A DNA stretch of 64,000 bases from an uncultured Bacteroidota bacterium. GTDB lineage: Bacteria; Bacteroidota; Bacteroidia; Chitinophagales; Chitinophagaceae. The stretch covers positions 1,773 to 65,772 of the forward strand of contig CAIKOJ010000098.1 in NCBI GenBank assembly GCA_903829015.1, read 5' to 3'. Positions within the stretch are counted from its first letter, which is position 1; each line of letters starts with the position of its first letter. Shown here in pieces: positions 19,381 to 27,808 of the stretch. Below the pieces are notes generated by a model. The model did no database searches. It had not been told where the DNA came from and saw only the letters and a program-made list of their open reading frames with translations. The translations under genes and the position numbers were made by a program.

Positions 19381-19923
19381 TTAAAGACCTGGTGGCGGTG
19401 GCGGCGGCTCATGCTCGCCCCCGGGTGGCGGACCAGGTCGGTCGCCGGGAGGGCGGTTGTGGCCGCCGTTCATTTTCTTGATCACATCAGATAATATATT
19501 ATCAAGATCTTTTTTCTGGCTATCGGTGCAAAGCGCTCTGAGTTTGCCAAAGTGGGTATAAGTAACCATTTCGATCTCTTTCTGTTTGCCCGCAATAAGG
19601 GTGGCAACAGAATCAGTAAAATGAGTATCGGTTCTTTCTACATTCGAAAAAAGCATACCACGCAAACCGGCGGCACTCTGGCGAAGATCGCTCATAGACT
19701 GTTGGTGCTCTTTAATGAGCTGGTCGTATTTTGAGATCTGATCGTTATTGAGGTTGAGGTGCTCAATAACGAAATTTCTCGGTCCATGGCCACCCGGAGG
19801 AGGAGGTGGTGGTGGACAGGCTCTATTCGGGTTGTGCCAGATCGTAAACATCAGCCCTATATTGCAGATCACTAACAGCACCACCGTTACCAATAAAATA
19901 TAGAATGTTCTGTTGCTGTTCAT
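19381..19923 (-). CDS. Spy/CpxP-like periplasmic heavy-metal sensor family protein
   Basis: N-terminal TM, LNLNNDQ and LCTDSQK (LTxxQ-like) motifs, Pro-rich termini. Confidence 0.75.
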   Translation of the reverse strand: MNSNRTFYILLVTVVLLVICNIGLMFTIWHNPNRACPPPPPPPGGHGPRNFVIEHLNLNNDQISKYDQLIKEHQQSMSDLRQSAAGLRGMLFSNVERTDTHFTDSVATLIAGKQKEIEMVTYTHFGKLRALCTDSQKKDLDNILSDVIKKMNGGHNRPPGDRPGPPPGGEHEPPPPPPGL

Positions 19924-19925
19924 GA

Positions 19926-20231
19926 TTAGTAATTGTAAGTTGTTGAAGCCTCTATCGATTCAGCTATTGGGTTTTCGTTGCCAATGGAAGCTACCGCCTG
20001 TTGCTTTGTCGATGAATAGTAATACACGGAAGCAAGATTTAATGCCAGCAATATTACAGCCGCCGCTACCCATTTTATAACAGGGATTTCGTGACCGCCA
20101 GATGTACCTACTTTTGTGGCCCGCTGCATAATACGACCGAAATGACCATCCAGCGGTTGTGCCCGGGAGATACCCTGAGTGCTGGTGAGGACATTTGAGA
20201 TCCAATCTTCTTTTGGTGTGTTATTTTCCAT
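19926..20231 (-). CDS. Small single-pass membrane protein, putative anti-sigma factor
   Basis: WVAAAVILLALN TM segment; lies between the ECF sigma and Spy-like genes. Confidence 0.6.
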   Translation of the reverse strand: MENNTPKEDWISNVLTSTQGISRAQPLDGHFGRIMQRATKVGTSGGHEIPVIKWVAAAVILLALNLASVYYYSSTKQQAVASIGNENPIAESIEASTTYNY

Positions 20232-20251
20232 AACGCTTATTTAGATGTTGT

Positions 20252-20896
20252 TTAATTATTTTTCCTTCGGTCGTAAACATCCGATAACTTTTTTCTGAGA
20301 TTAATTTTTGCCCTTTGCAGTAGCGACTCAACTGCCTTGAGCGATATATTCATTATCTCTGCTATGTCTTTTTGCGGCAATTCCTCAATATGTGCCAGTA
20401 CAAAAACTGTTTTCTGATTGTCGGGCAGCGTCTCAATCGCGGCAAACAAAAAGCGGGCGTTTTCGCGCTGCTCCAGTTTAATACCGGGATGGTCGAAGCT
20501 GGGCGCGCCGGATACCGGCTCACCCGTATCGGCACTGAAGAGCGAGCTGAAAATGCCTCTCTTTTTCCGCGACCGTGCTCTCAGATGGTCCAGGCATTTA
20601 TTTACCGTGATACGGTATATCCATGTGGAAACAGACGACTGCGCATTAAAGGTGAGTATAGACTTGAATACAGTTACAAATACTTCCTGCGCAATATCCT
20701 CGGCCATGCCATGGTCCTGCACCATGCTTATAGCGGTATTGAACACTTTTTCCTGATAGTCTTCTACCAGTTTTTTAAATGCCCCTTGGTCGCCCGACCT
20801 AAGCTGAGAAATGAATGCCTCGTTGATTACGGATTCTTTGATTGCTAAATTAGGGAAATACCAAATTGCAGTACATAGTAACTTTAAATAGGGCAA
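20252..20896 (-). CDS. ECF RNA polymerase sigma factor (start uncertain)
   Basis: GDQGAF..LVE.YQ, AEDIAQEVF, TWIYRITVN.CLD and region 4 EIMNISLKAVESLLQRA. Confidence 0.92.
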   Translation of the reverse strand: MPYLKLLCTAIWYFPNLAIKESVINEAFISQLRSGDQGAFKKLVEDYQEKVFNTAISMVQDHGMAEDIAQEVFVTVFKSILTFNAQSSVSTWIYRITVNKCLDHLRARSRKKRGIFSSLFSADTGEPVSGAPSFDHPGIKLEQRENARFLFAAIETLPDNQKTVFVLAHIEELPQKDIAEIMNISLKAVESLLQRAKINLRKKLSDVYDRRKNN

Positions 20897-20902
20897 TTAA
20901 CT

Positions 20903-22798
20903 TTACGAAACATACTCACTCAGTTCCAGCCAGCGTAGTTCTTTTGTTTCGAGCTCGCTGGTGATGAAAACAATACGATTACTGAGCTGTTGTATCTCGT
21001 CGTAATTCAGATTGGGATTCATCATTTTCTCTGTGATCACGGTTTTCTCTGCTTCCAGAGCGGCTATGTCTTTTTCCAGTTGGTCGTACTCCCGCTTGTC
21101 TTTGAAAGAGAATTTCTTTTTCTCAGGTGCCGGTTTCGGAGTTTCAGCTTTTGGCTTTTCGGCTTCGGGCTTTTCTGAATTTTTTTTCGGTTCTTTTTCT
21201 TTGGCTCTTTCCTCTATACGGTAGTTGCTGTAGTTGCCCGGGAAATCGCGTACTACACCATCGCCCTCAAACACAAACAGATGGTCTACCAGCCTGTCCA
21301 TAAAATAACGGTCGTGAGATACGATGAGCAGGCAACCCGGAAAATCGGTAAGGAAATTCTCTAACACCGAAAGGGTGGGGAGGTCGAGATCGTTGGTAGG
21401 TTCATCGAGTATCAGGAAGTTGGGATTGGTGAATAGTATGGACAACAACTGCAGCCTTTTCTTCTCACCACCACTGAGTTTGGATAGGTAGGTATACTGC
21501 TGTTCCGGCGGAAACAGGAATAATGTAAGGAACTGGGAGGCGCTCAAAGTACTGCCATCGGCGAGCGGGAAATTCTCTGCAATATTCTTTACAAATTCTA
21601 TGATCCGCATATCCTCCTTGATCACCAGCCCATGCTGCGAGAAGTTGCCAAATACTACTGTATCGCCAATGTTTATTTTGCCGCTGTCTTGTGCCTCAAG
21701 GCCCTGCAGCATCTGCAGGAAGGTGCTCTTGCCTGCACCATTCTTACCTATAATACCCAGGCGCTCCCCTTTTTTGAAAGTATAGTCGAAGCCCTTTAGT
21801 ATCACTTTATCGCCATAGCTTTTGTATACCTTTTTCAGCTCGGCCACCTTGCCGCCCATTCGGCTCATTTTCATTTGCAGTTCTACCTGCAGGTCCACTA
21901 CCTTTTGTTTGGCTTTGCCTTCAATTTCATAAAAGTTATCCTGCCGGCTTCTCGACTTTGTGGTGCGGGCTCTGGGCTGTTTGCGCATCCATTCCAGTTC
22001 TTTACGGTACTGGTTGCGCGCCTTGTCTATATTGGCGATTGTGTTTTCAATACGTGCGGCTTTTTTCTCCAGATACTCGCGGTAGTCGCCTCTGTAGGTA
22101 AACAGATTTTCTTCATCGAGCTCCCATATTTCATCACACACATCTTCCAGAAAGTACCTATCGTGGGTAACCATGAGCAGTGTTACTTTTTCGTGGTTCA
22201 GGTAGTTTTCCAGCCACTCTACCATAGTTACATCGAGGTGGTTGGTAGGCTCATCCATGATCAGCAGTACGTGCTTATGCTCAAAGCCAATATCGATAAG
22301 CACCTGCGCAAGCGCCACACGTTTACGCTGGCCGCCCGATAGTGTTTTTACCTTCTGATCGAGGTTGTCAATATTGAGCTTGTTGAGTATCTGGTGCACT
22401 TTGGCTTCAAAATCCCATGCACCCAGTTCGTCTATTCTTGCCAGCGCGGCAGACAGCTCGTTATGGTCTTTAGACCCTTCCGCAAGTATTTTTTCGTAGT
22501 TGCGCATGGCCTCGGCCACGGGGTGCTTGTAATGAAATATATTATCCAGTACCGATAATTCTTCGGCAAACTGCGGCTCCTGCTCAAACAGCGCTACAGT
22601 TACATCTTTATGTATCCATATGGTGCCTTCGTCTACGGTGTCTTTGCCGGCCAGTATTTTCAGCAGGGTACTTTTGCCACTGCCGTTGCGGGCAATAAGG
22701 GCTATTTTATCGCCCTCGCTGATGTGGAAGGTGATATCTGTGAACAGGGGCTTGATACCATATGACTTGCTGATCTTGTCGGCTGAAACGTAATGCAT
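20903..22798 (-). CDS. ABC-F family ATP-binding protein (Uup-like)
   Basis: Two ABC domains (RNGSGKS/LSGGQ, KNGAGKS/LSGGE), no TM, C-terminal coiled coil; start ATG 22798. Confidence 0.93.
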   Translation of the reverse strand: MHYVSADKISKSYGIKPLFTDITFHISEGDKIALIARNGSGKSTLLKILAGKDTVDEGTIWIHKDVTVALFEQEPQFAEELSVLDNIFHYKHPVAEAMRNYEKILAEGSKDHNELSAALARIDELGAWDFEAKVHQILNKLNIDNLDQKVKTLSGGQRKRVALAQVLIDIGFEHKHVLLIMDEPTNHLDVTMVEWLENYLNHEKVTLLMVTHDRYFLEDVCDEIWELDEENLFTYRGDYREYLEKKAARIENTIANIDKARNQYRKELEWMRKQPRARTTKSRSRQDNFYEIEGKAKQKVVDLQVELQMKMSRMGGKVAELKKVYKSYGDKVILKGFDYTFKKGERLGIIGKNGAGKSTFLQMLQGLEAQDSGKINIGDTVVFGNFSQHGLVIKEDMRIIEFVKNIAENFPLADGSTLSASQFLTLFLFPPEQQYTYLSKLSGGEKKRLQLLSILFTNPNFLILDEPTNDLDLPTLSVLENFLTDFPGCLLIVSHDRYFMDRLVDHLFVFEGDGVVRDFPGNYSNYRIEERAKEKEPKKNSEKPEAEKPKAETPKPAPEKKKFSFKDKREYDQLEKDIAALEAEKTVITEKMMNPNLNYDEIQQLSNRIVFITSELETKELRWLELSEYVS

Positions 22799-22807
22799 AA
22801 GAGGCGG

Positions 22808-22815
22808 CAAAGGTA
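22808..22815 (-). promoter_or_regulatory. Bacteroidota -7 promoter element for the ABC-F gene
   Basis: TACCTTTG on the minus strand, 9 nt before the ATG. Confidence 0.65.
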
Positions 22816-22835
22816 GGTTGATAAGTTGAATGGTG

Positions 22836-23023
22836 GTTAGTAGATAGTCGTTAGTAGATAGTAGATGGTCGGGAGGCGTTAGTAGATAGTCGTTAGTAGA
22901 TAGTAGATGGTCGGGAGTAGTTGGTATTTAGTAGCCCTCCTTCGCTACAGCCGCCGTTGAAACTATGGCTGTTAATAAAAAAAGCTACGGCGGGTAAAAT
23001 AGTAGATAGTAGATGGTCGGGAG
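22836..23023 (+). repeat. 40-bp unit GTTAGTAGATAGTCGTTAGTAGATAGTAGATGGTCGGGAG, two perfect copies plus one partial
   Basis: Copies at 22836-22875 and 22878-22917, partial at 23000-23023; internal 7-nt periodicity. Confidence 0.93.
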
Positions 23024-23137
23024 GGGATTGGGAATTTCCCATTTTTAGCGATAAGTTGTAAAAGTGCGTAACTGATTGGTAATCAGGTTAATTGCCTGGA
23101 AAAATTTCTCAAAAACTACCCAAGTGGGAAGATCAGG

Positions 23138-23159
23138 ACCTGCCTGCCGGCAGGCAGGT
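23138..23159. repeat. Perfect 22-bp palindrome ACCTGCCTGCCGGCAGGCAGGT (REP-like)
   Basis: Sequence equals its own reverse complement. Confidence 0.9.
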
Positions 23160-23399
23160 TTAGGGATTTTAGGATTTTCAGAATGCTCTACTTTATATTA
23201 TAAAATATTTTACCGCAAGATTTTTAAAAGGTTCACAAAGGATAGATTGTTATAAAATCAACCGGAAGCAAACTTCCGTTTCACTTCCGGTTTCTTCCGG
23301 TGGCGGAAATGCCGAAAATGACGTAACTTATTGATAATCAATTGTATTTTGTAGTAATTGCGGGTTCGGTTGAAAAACCTGGATACCGGAAGCCGCAAA

Positions 23400-23449
23400 C
23401 CCCAAACCCCCGCCTGCGGTGAAGCTTCGGCGCAGGCCTAAAGGGGCTT
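23400..23449. repeat. REP-like hairpin GCCTGCG...CGCAGGC nested within CCCC/TAAAGGGG
   Basis: Stem 23412-23418 pairs with 23431-23437. Confidence 0.7.
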
Positions 23450-23662
23450 CCCCATATTAAGTAATCCGAAAAAATGAATTACCGATAGAGTCGCGTAAAT
23501 ATCGGATATGGACAGGAAATGGCAAAATCAAAAATCTATGATAGGACGTATGCTGCCAGTGATGGGACGGAGGGGGCCTATGATGGGAAAAAGTTTGAGG
23601 TGATATGCAATATTCTAAATTTGAATTTTTTGTTTATTTTTAGGTTGAGCGTGGTGCATTCG

Positions 23663-23709
23663 CCAGTCGGAGACTGGTAACAACGAAACCGTAGGCGGAG
23701 ACTACGGTT
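23663..23709. repeat. Pair of REP-like hairpins sharing a CGGAGACT core
   Basis: CCAGTC-GGA-GACTGG at 23663-23677 and AACCGTAG-GCGGAGA-CTACGGTT at 23687-23709. Confidence 0.75.
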
Positions 23710-23776
23710 AACGGGGATTTTTTATAGAAAATAGTTAGATTGTCGAAATAATCTATTTTCGCATTAAATTTTATTT

Positions 23777-24304
23777 ATGAACCGAAAAATAACACTATTA
23801 TTAGCTTTTTTGATTTGCATAATTTCTGCTGACTCTTTTGCGCAAAAATGTAGATTTGAAAAAGATGAAATAGATGGCTTTACAAAAGAGCGTTTTAGGT
23901 TGGCACCGCGTTTACCAATAAGCAAATCACCACCCTGGTGGGTGCAAATGGAACAAAAAAAAGACAAGTTCTTTTTCAATATTCAGATTTTTGTGCTGGG
24001 TGAGGTGCGTGTTCGCATGGAGCAGGGCAACAAGATTCTTGCAAAATTGGAAGATGGATCCATTATTGAACTTGTTGCGGACAAGGAGGTCACCCCAAAA
24101 TTTGATTTGTATGCAAATAGTGTCTCCACAGAGTGGGCTATTCACATATCTATTTCAGAAGATGATATGAAAAAATTCAGCTTGTCTCCAATACAACTTA
24201 TGCGAACAACTATAGGAGGAACTGAATACAACATGCCTGATGCAGGCCCCAGGTACACTGCAAAAATTACAGAAATGGCAGCATGTATGCTAAAAAAAGA
24301 TTAA
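23777..24304 (+). CDS. Hypothetical secreted protein
   Basis: 175-aa ORF with a classical signal peptide (…ADSFAQ). Confidence 0.7.
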   Translation: MNRKITLLLAFLICIISADSFAQKCRFEKDEIDGFTKERFRLAPRLPISKSPPWWVQMEQKKDKFFFNIQIFVLGEVRVRMEQGNKILAKLEDGSIIELVADKEVTPKFDLYANSVSTEWAIHISISEDDMKKFSLSPIQLMRTTIGGTEYNMPDAGPRYTAKITEMAACMLKKD

Positions 24305-24372
24305 AGGAATTGGATATAGTATGTGGTTCCGCAGAGCCATTTGTAGATGGAAAGATAGCCAATTCCGCCGCC

Positions 24373-24599
24373 GTTGGTGTTCCTCACCATCAGCATCGCG
24401 CAGGGCTATAAATAACACGGCTTCACAAAATCCCACACATGGATTGTGGCTGTAAAGAATATTAGATCGTATTTGCTTGATGAAGCCAATGCCGGAGCCG
24501 TTCAATCAAAGATAGCTATCAGCTTTTATTAGTTCATTTCGGCTTTTTCGCCGGCCTGCTTTTCCCGGCGCGAGCTTGTTGGTGAAGAACACCAACAAG
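24373..24599. repeat. Inverted pair of REP-like elements TGGTGA(G/A)GAACACCAAC
   Basis: 24373-24389 is the reverse complement of 24580-24596 (16/17); perfect 10-bp stem at 24575-24599. Confidence 0.75.
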
Positions 24600-24711
24600 G
24601 GCGAAAAAAGGAGTTTTATCAGAAGTTCCGGATATAGTTCCCGAACAACGTGGCCAATTTATTATAAGAGTTATTTACTTTTGGTAATTTCAGTTAAAAT
24701 ATTTTTAAATA

Positions 24712-25215
24712 ATGAACTTCAAAATAAAAATTACCTCTTCTGACTATATACGATTAATGTTCTTGCTTCGATATAGAAAACCATATTCGATTTTTGTAAC
24801 AATTCTTGGTTTTGTTATGCTCGCATTATCAATTCGTTCTTTTTCAGGTGAAGATAACTATGTACAGCAACCGGTTATCCTTATGGTGTTTTGTTTAATG
24901 ATTATAATAGGTGTTCCTATTTCTTTATATTTAACATCAAAGAGAAACTTCAATTCCAACTATCGGTTGCAGGAGGAGATTGAATGCGAATTATCTAATG
25001 ATAATATGAAAATGAGAGGTGAAACATTTAATACTGAGAGTGATTTGAACCAAACCTATAAAATTGAAGAATTGAAGAATTGGTTCTTATTATTTCAAAA
25101 CAGGACTATTTTTAATCTAATACCTAAAAAAGGCATGACCGTTGAAGAAATTAATACTGCTAGAAATATTTTCCGCAACGTCAAAAACAATCGTACGATA
25201 TTAAAATTGAAATGA
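24712..25215 (+). CDS. YcxB family membrane protein
   Basis: Two TM segments followed by a YKIEELKNWFLLF...LIPK-type C-terminal domain. Confidence 0.75.
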   Translation: MNFKIKITSSDYIRLMFLLRYRKPYSIFVTILGFVMLALSIRSFSGEDNYVQQPVILMVFCLMIIIGVPISLYLTSKRNFNSNYRLQEEIECELSNDNMKMRGETFNTESDLNQTYKIEELKNWFLLFQNRTIFNLIPKKGMTVEEINTARNIFRNVKNNRTILKLK

Positions 25216-25224
25216 AATTTCATT

Positions 25225-25504
25225 GTCTCCACCCAGTGTCCTTTTTCAGGCACTCGGGGGCATAAGAGCACTGAAGTTGAAATGTTTTCTTCACCTGTTA
25301 CTATCTAGCTACGTCCCGGCATCGGTCGCTACAGTACTTTACCTGATCCCAAACCTTTTCCCATTTTTTTCGCCAAACAAATGGTCGCTGGCATACTACA
25401 CATATTTTGGTAGGCAGGTCGCTTTTTTTTACTGTTTTGTTATTATGCTTCATCTTCGTTTGTGCGTTACCCCGTCTCCACAGAGTGTTCTATTTCAGGC
25501 ACTC
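25225..25504 (+). repeat. 31-bp imperfect direct repeats flanking the DUF2256 gene
   Basis: 25225-25255 vs 25474-25504 match at 27/31 (GTCTCCAC..AGTGT.CT.TTTCAGGCACTC). Confidence 0.85.
25301..25453 (-). CDS. DUF2256 domain small protein (50 aa, missed by the ORF track)
   Basis: Manual translation [50 protein letters not shown]. Confidence 0.88.
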   Translation of the reverse strand: MKHNNKTVKKSDLPTKICVVCQRPFVWRKKWEKVWDQVKYCSDRCRDVAR

Positions 25505-25690
25505 AGCGGCATTAAAGGATGTATAAAGAATTACTTGAACTCCATTGAGTGATACTAGCTAGTGCCAAAGAAAAGCCAAGGTTTGTTGGAGGGCCCGTGT
25601 AAGATAAATTAAGTCGCGCTGTAAGCATACCTCTTTTCTCCCCAAAATAGTTATTTTTAACCCTATATTTTTTCTCCAACCAATAAGCAG

Positions 25691-27670
25691 ATGAATAGAT
25701 TTATACCCACTTTTTTAGCAATATTGTTTTGTTCTTTTTGCTCAATGGCACAGGTCGATACTTCTATTGGTCTTACTGCCCCTAAGAGCGCAACCGGTAA
25801 TTATAAAGAACTCGCCCACTTTCTCTGCGACGGTCTCACCGGCGAAAAACAAAAAGCCAATGCCATTTACAACTGGATCACACACAATATCAGTTACGAT
25901 GTAAAGTCGCTCGTAAAAAAAACGCTAAAAAGCTACACTGAAGATGAAAAAATAAAAAGGGCGCTGAAAAGCAGGGTGGCATTTTGCGAGGGCTATGCAA
26001 TGCTCTTTACCGCCATGTGCCGCGAAGCAGGTCTTAAAGCAGTAAATATTGATGGCTATGCGAAAGACTGGATATTCGACGATGGCGATAGTCTGTACAT
26101 ACCCCGCCATATGTGGAGCGCCGTTAGGATAGACGGCAAATGGTGGCCGGTAGAGCCAACATGGGGCGCAGGTGGATTGGTGCAGTCGCCCAGCATGATC
26201 CGCAAAATAATGAATAAGGTGCTGAGGCAAAAGATCATGTATGCCAACAAGCTGAAATTTAAATTTCAGTACAAGCCTGAGTATTTCATGCAGGATCCCG
26301 AAAAGTTCATTCTGAAACACCTCCCTACCGACCCCCTGTGGCAACTCGCTGATACTACTATGCCGCTTGCAGTATTCGAAGCCGGGGATAGTGCCATCAG
26401 GCAATTTATAGATCTATATACCAAGCCGGTACAAACTAGTACCAAACTAGATGAGATCAGCATGCTGAATGAACCCATGCGTGTGTTTGAGTCGGCTGAC
26501 AGGGCTTACAAATTCAATCCGAGATACCCTGTAGTGCTTGCATTAAAACAAGCCTACCGCGCCGAATCGCAGGTGATAAAGGCTTTCACCGATAGTACGG
26601 TGCAGAATGGCCTGCTCTTGATTAATGATGCTTCTGAAGGTCTGCGTAAATCAGAAATTTATGTCAAAGAACAGAAAAAATCCTTTCCATCGGAGTACAG
26701 CCGACTGAAAAAGAAGAACACTACAAAGAATCAGGAAGCTAAGAAATGCATTACGCAGATAAAAACGGACAACAAAAGGCTGGTTTCAGAATCGAAGAAG
26801 TACAGCAAATCGGCTACCAACAAAGGCAACAAGCTCAAACCTAAATATGCGGCTGTTAAGAAAAAAGCCCAGGCTATAGACCCTAACAAACTCAACAAAC
26901 AGAAACCATCTAAAATTCAGAAAAAACCGGGCTCACCCGAACTCAGAGAATTGAAAGACTCCATTGCGGCACGTAATATGCGGATAAATTATCTGAAATC
27001 TTCGATCGCCGATAAAATGGATACAGTAAAGACGCTGCAGGACCAAAATGGTGCGCGCCTCGATTCACTGGGCAAATACCTGGTTACTGCCGATTCGATC
27101 TTAGTTCAGGAAGCGATTGCCCGTATTAATATGCACGACGACTACGATAACGAAGTAATCATGCTCACAAGGCTATTTAAAGAACTTAAGTACCACCAGG
27201 GCGACAGTATGCAGAAGAATTATCTGGTAGCCTACGACACCATTCTGGCAAAGCACGAGTGCCTGCAAAAGCTACAGAATGCAGAGATGGACTTGTATAA
27301 AAAGAACCTGCGCAGCATGGAGCAATACGCTAAATGGAACAACAACGATACAGCCATAGTTGGCGAGTATGCAACCACTGTAAATGATTACCGTGCCTGC
27401 TTAAATAGCTATATCGCAAGCCTATCGGGTTACAATGATTTTGTAAAAGGAAATAAGAAATTATTTACCGGTCTTGGTAAGCTCAGCACCAGACAGTTAA
27501 AAATATCGGGCTATATGGACAAAGTAGAAACCCGGCGTAAAAAACTGGAAACAAAAACCATAGAGGAAAACAAGGCTTTTGATATGAAGGAGAATGAAAA
27601 ACAACTGGCACAAATAAAGACCCTGCTCGACAAACTGCAGAAAATATCCGACAAAGTCTCAGCCAATTGA
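25691..27670 (+). CDS. Secreted transglutaminase-like domain protein with long coiled-coil C-terminus
   Basis: Signal peptide; AIYNWITHNISYD, AFCEGYA, RHMWSAV and VEPTWGAG motifs; Lys-rich helical tail. Confidence 0.8.
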   Translation: MNRFIPTFLAILFCSFCSMAQVDTSIGLTAPKSATGNYKELAHFLCDGLTGEKQKANAIYNWITHNISYDVKSLVKKTLKSYTEDEKIKRALKSRVAFCEGYAMLFTAMCREAGLKAVNIDGYAKDWIFDDGDSLYIPRHMWSAVRIDGKWWPVEPTWGAGGLVQSPSMIRKIMNKVLRQKIMYANKLKFKFQYKPEYFMQDPEKFILKHLPTDPLWQLADTTMPLAVFEAGDSAIRQFIDLYTKPVQTSTKLDEISMLNEPMRVFESADRAYKFNPRYPVVLALKQAYRAESQVIKAFTDSTVQNGLLLINDASEGLRKSEIYVKEQKKSFPSEYSRLKKKNTTKNQEAKKCITQIKTDNKRLVSESKKYSKSATNKGNKLKPKYAAVKKKAQAIDPNKLNKQKPSKIQKKPGSPELRELKDSIAARNMRINYLKSSIADKMDTVKTLQDQNGARLDSLGKYLVTADSILVQEAIARINMHDDYDNEVIMLTRLFKELKYHQGDSMQKNYLVAYDTILAKHECLQKLQNAEMDLYKKNLRSMEQYAKWNNNDTAIVGEYATTVNDYRACLNSYIASLSGYNDFVKGNKKLFTGLGKLSTRQLKISGYMDKVETRRKKLETKTIEENKAFDMKENEKQLAQIKTLLDKLQKISDKVSAN

Positions 27671-27808
27671 TGGGAAGTATATGATTATCTGAAATTTGCC
27701 CTGAGTATAACCCCTCCTTTTTACATTTCACTGACAATTCAGCGGCTACGGTCAGATGTAATCTATGGGTGTTGAACTAGTTTTGCAGCTCATAATTGAC
27801 ATATTAAA

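Noticed and set aside
24290-24505. 71-aa minus-strand ORF
   Set aside because: It overlaps REP-like elements and the end of the upstream gene, with no recognisable motifs.
22836-25504. CRISPR array among the direct repeats
   Set aside because: Units occur only 2-3 times, with no run of unique 30-40 bp spacers and no cas genes.
25223-25552. 109-aa plus-strand ORF
   Set aside because: It is antisense to the recognisable DUF2256 gene and built partly from the flanking repeats.
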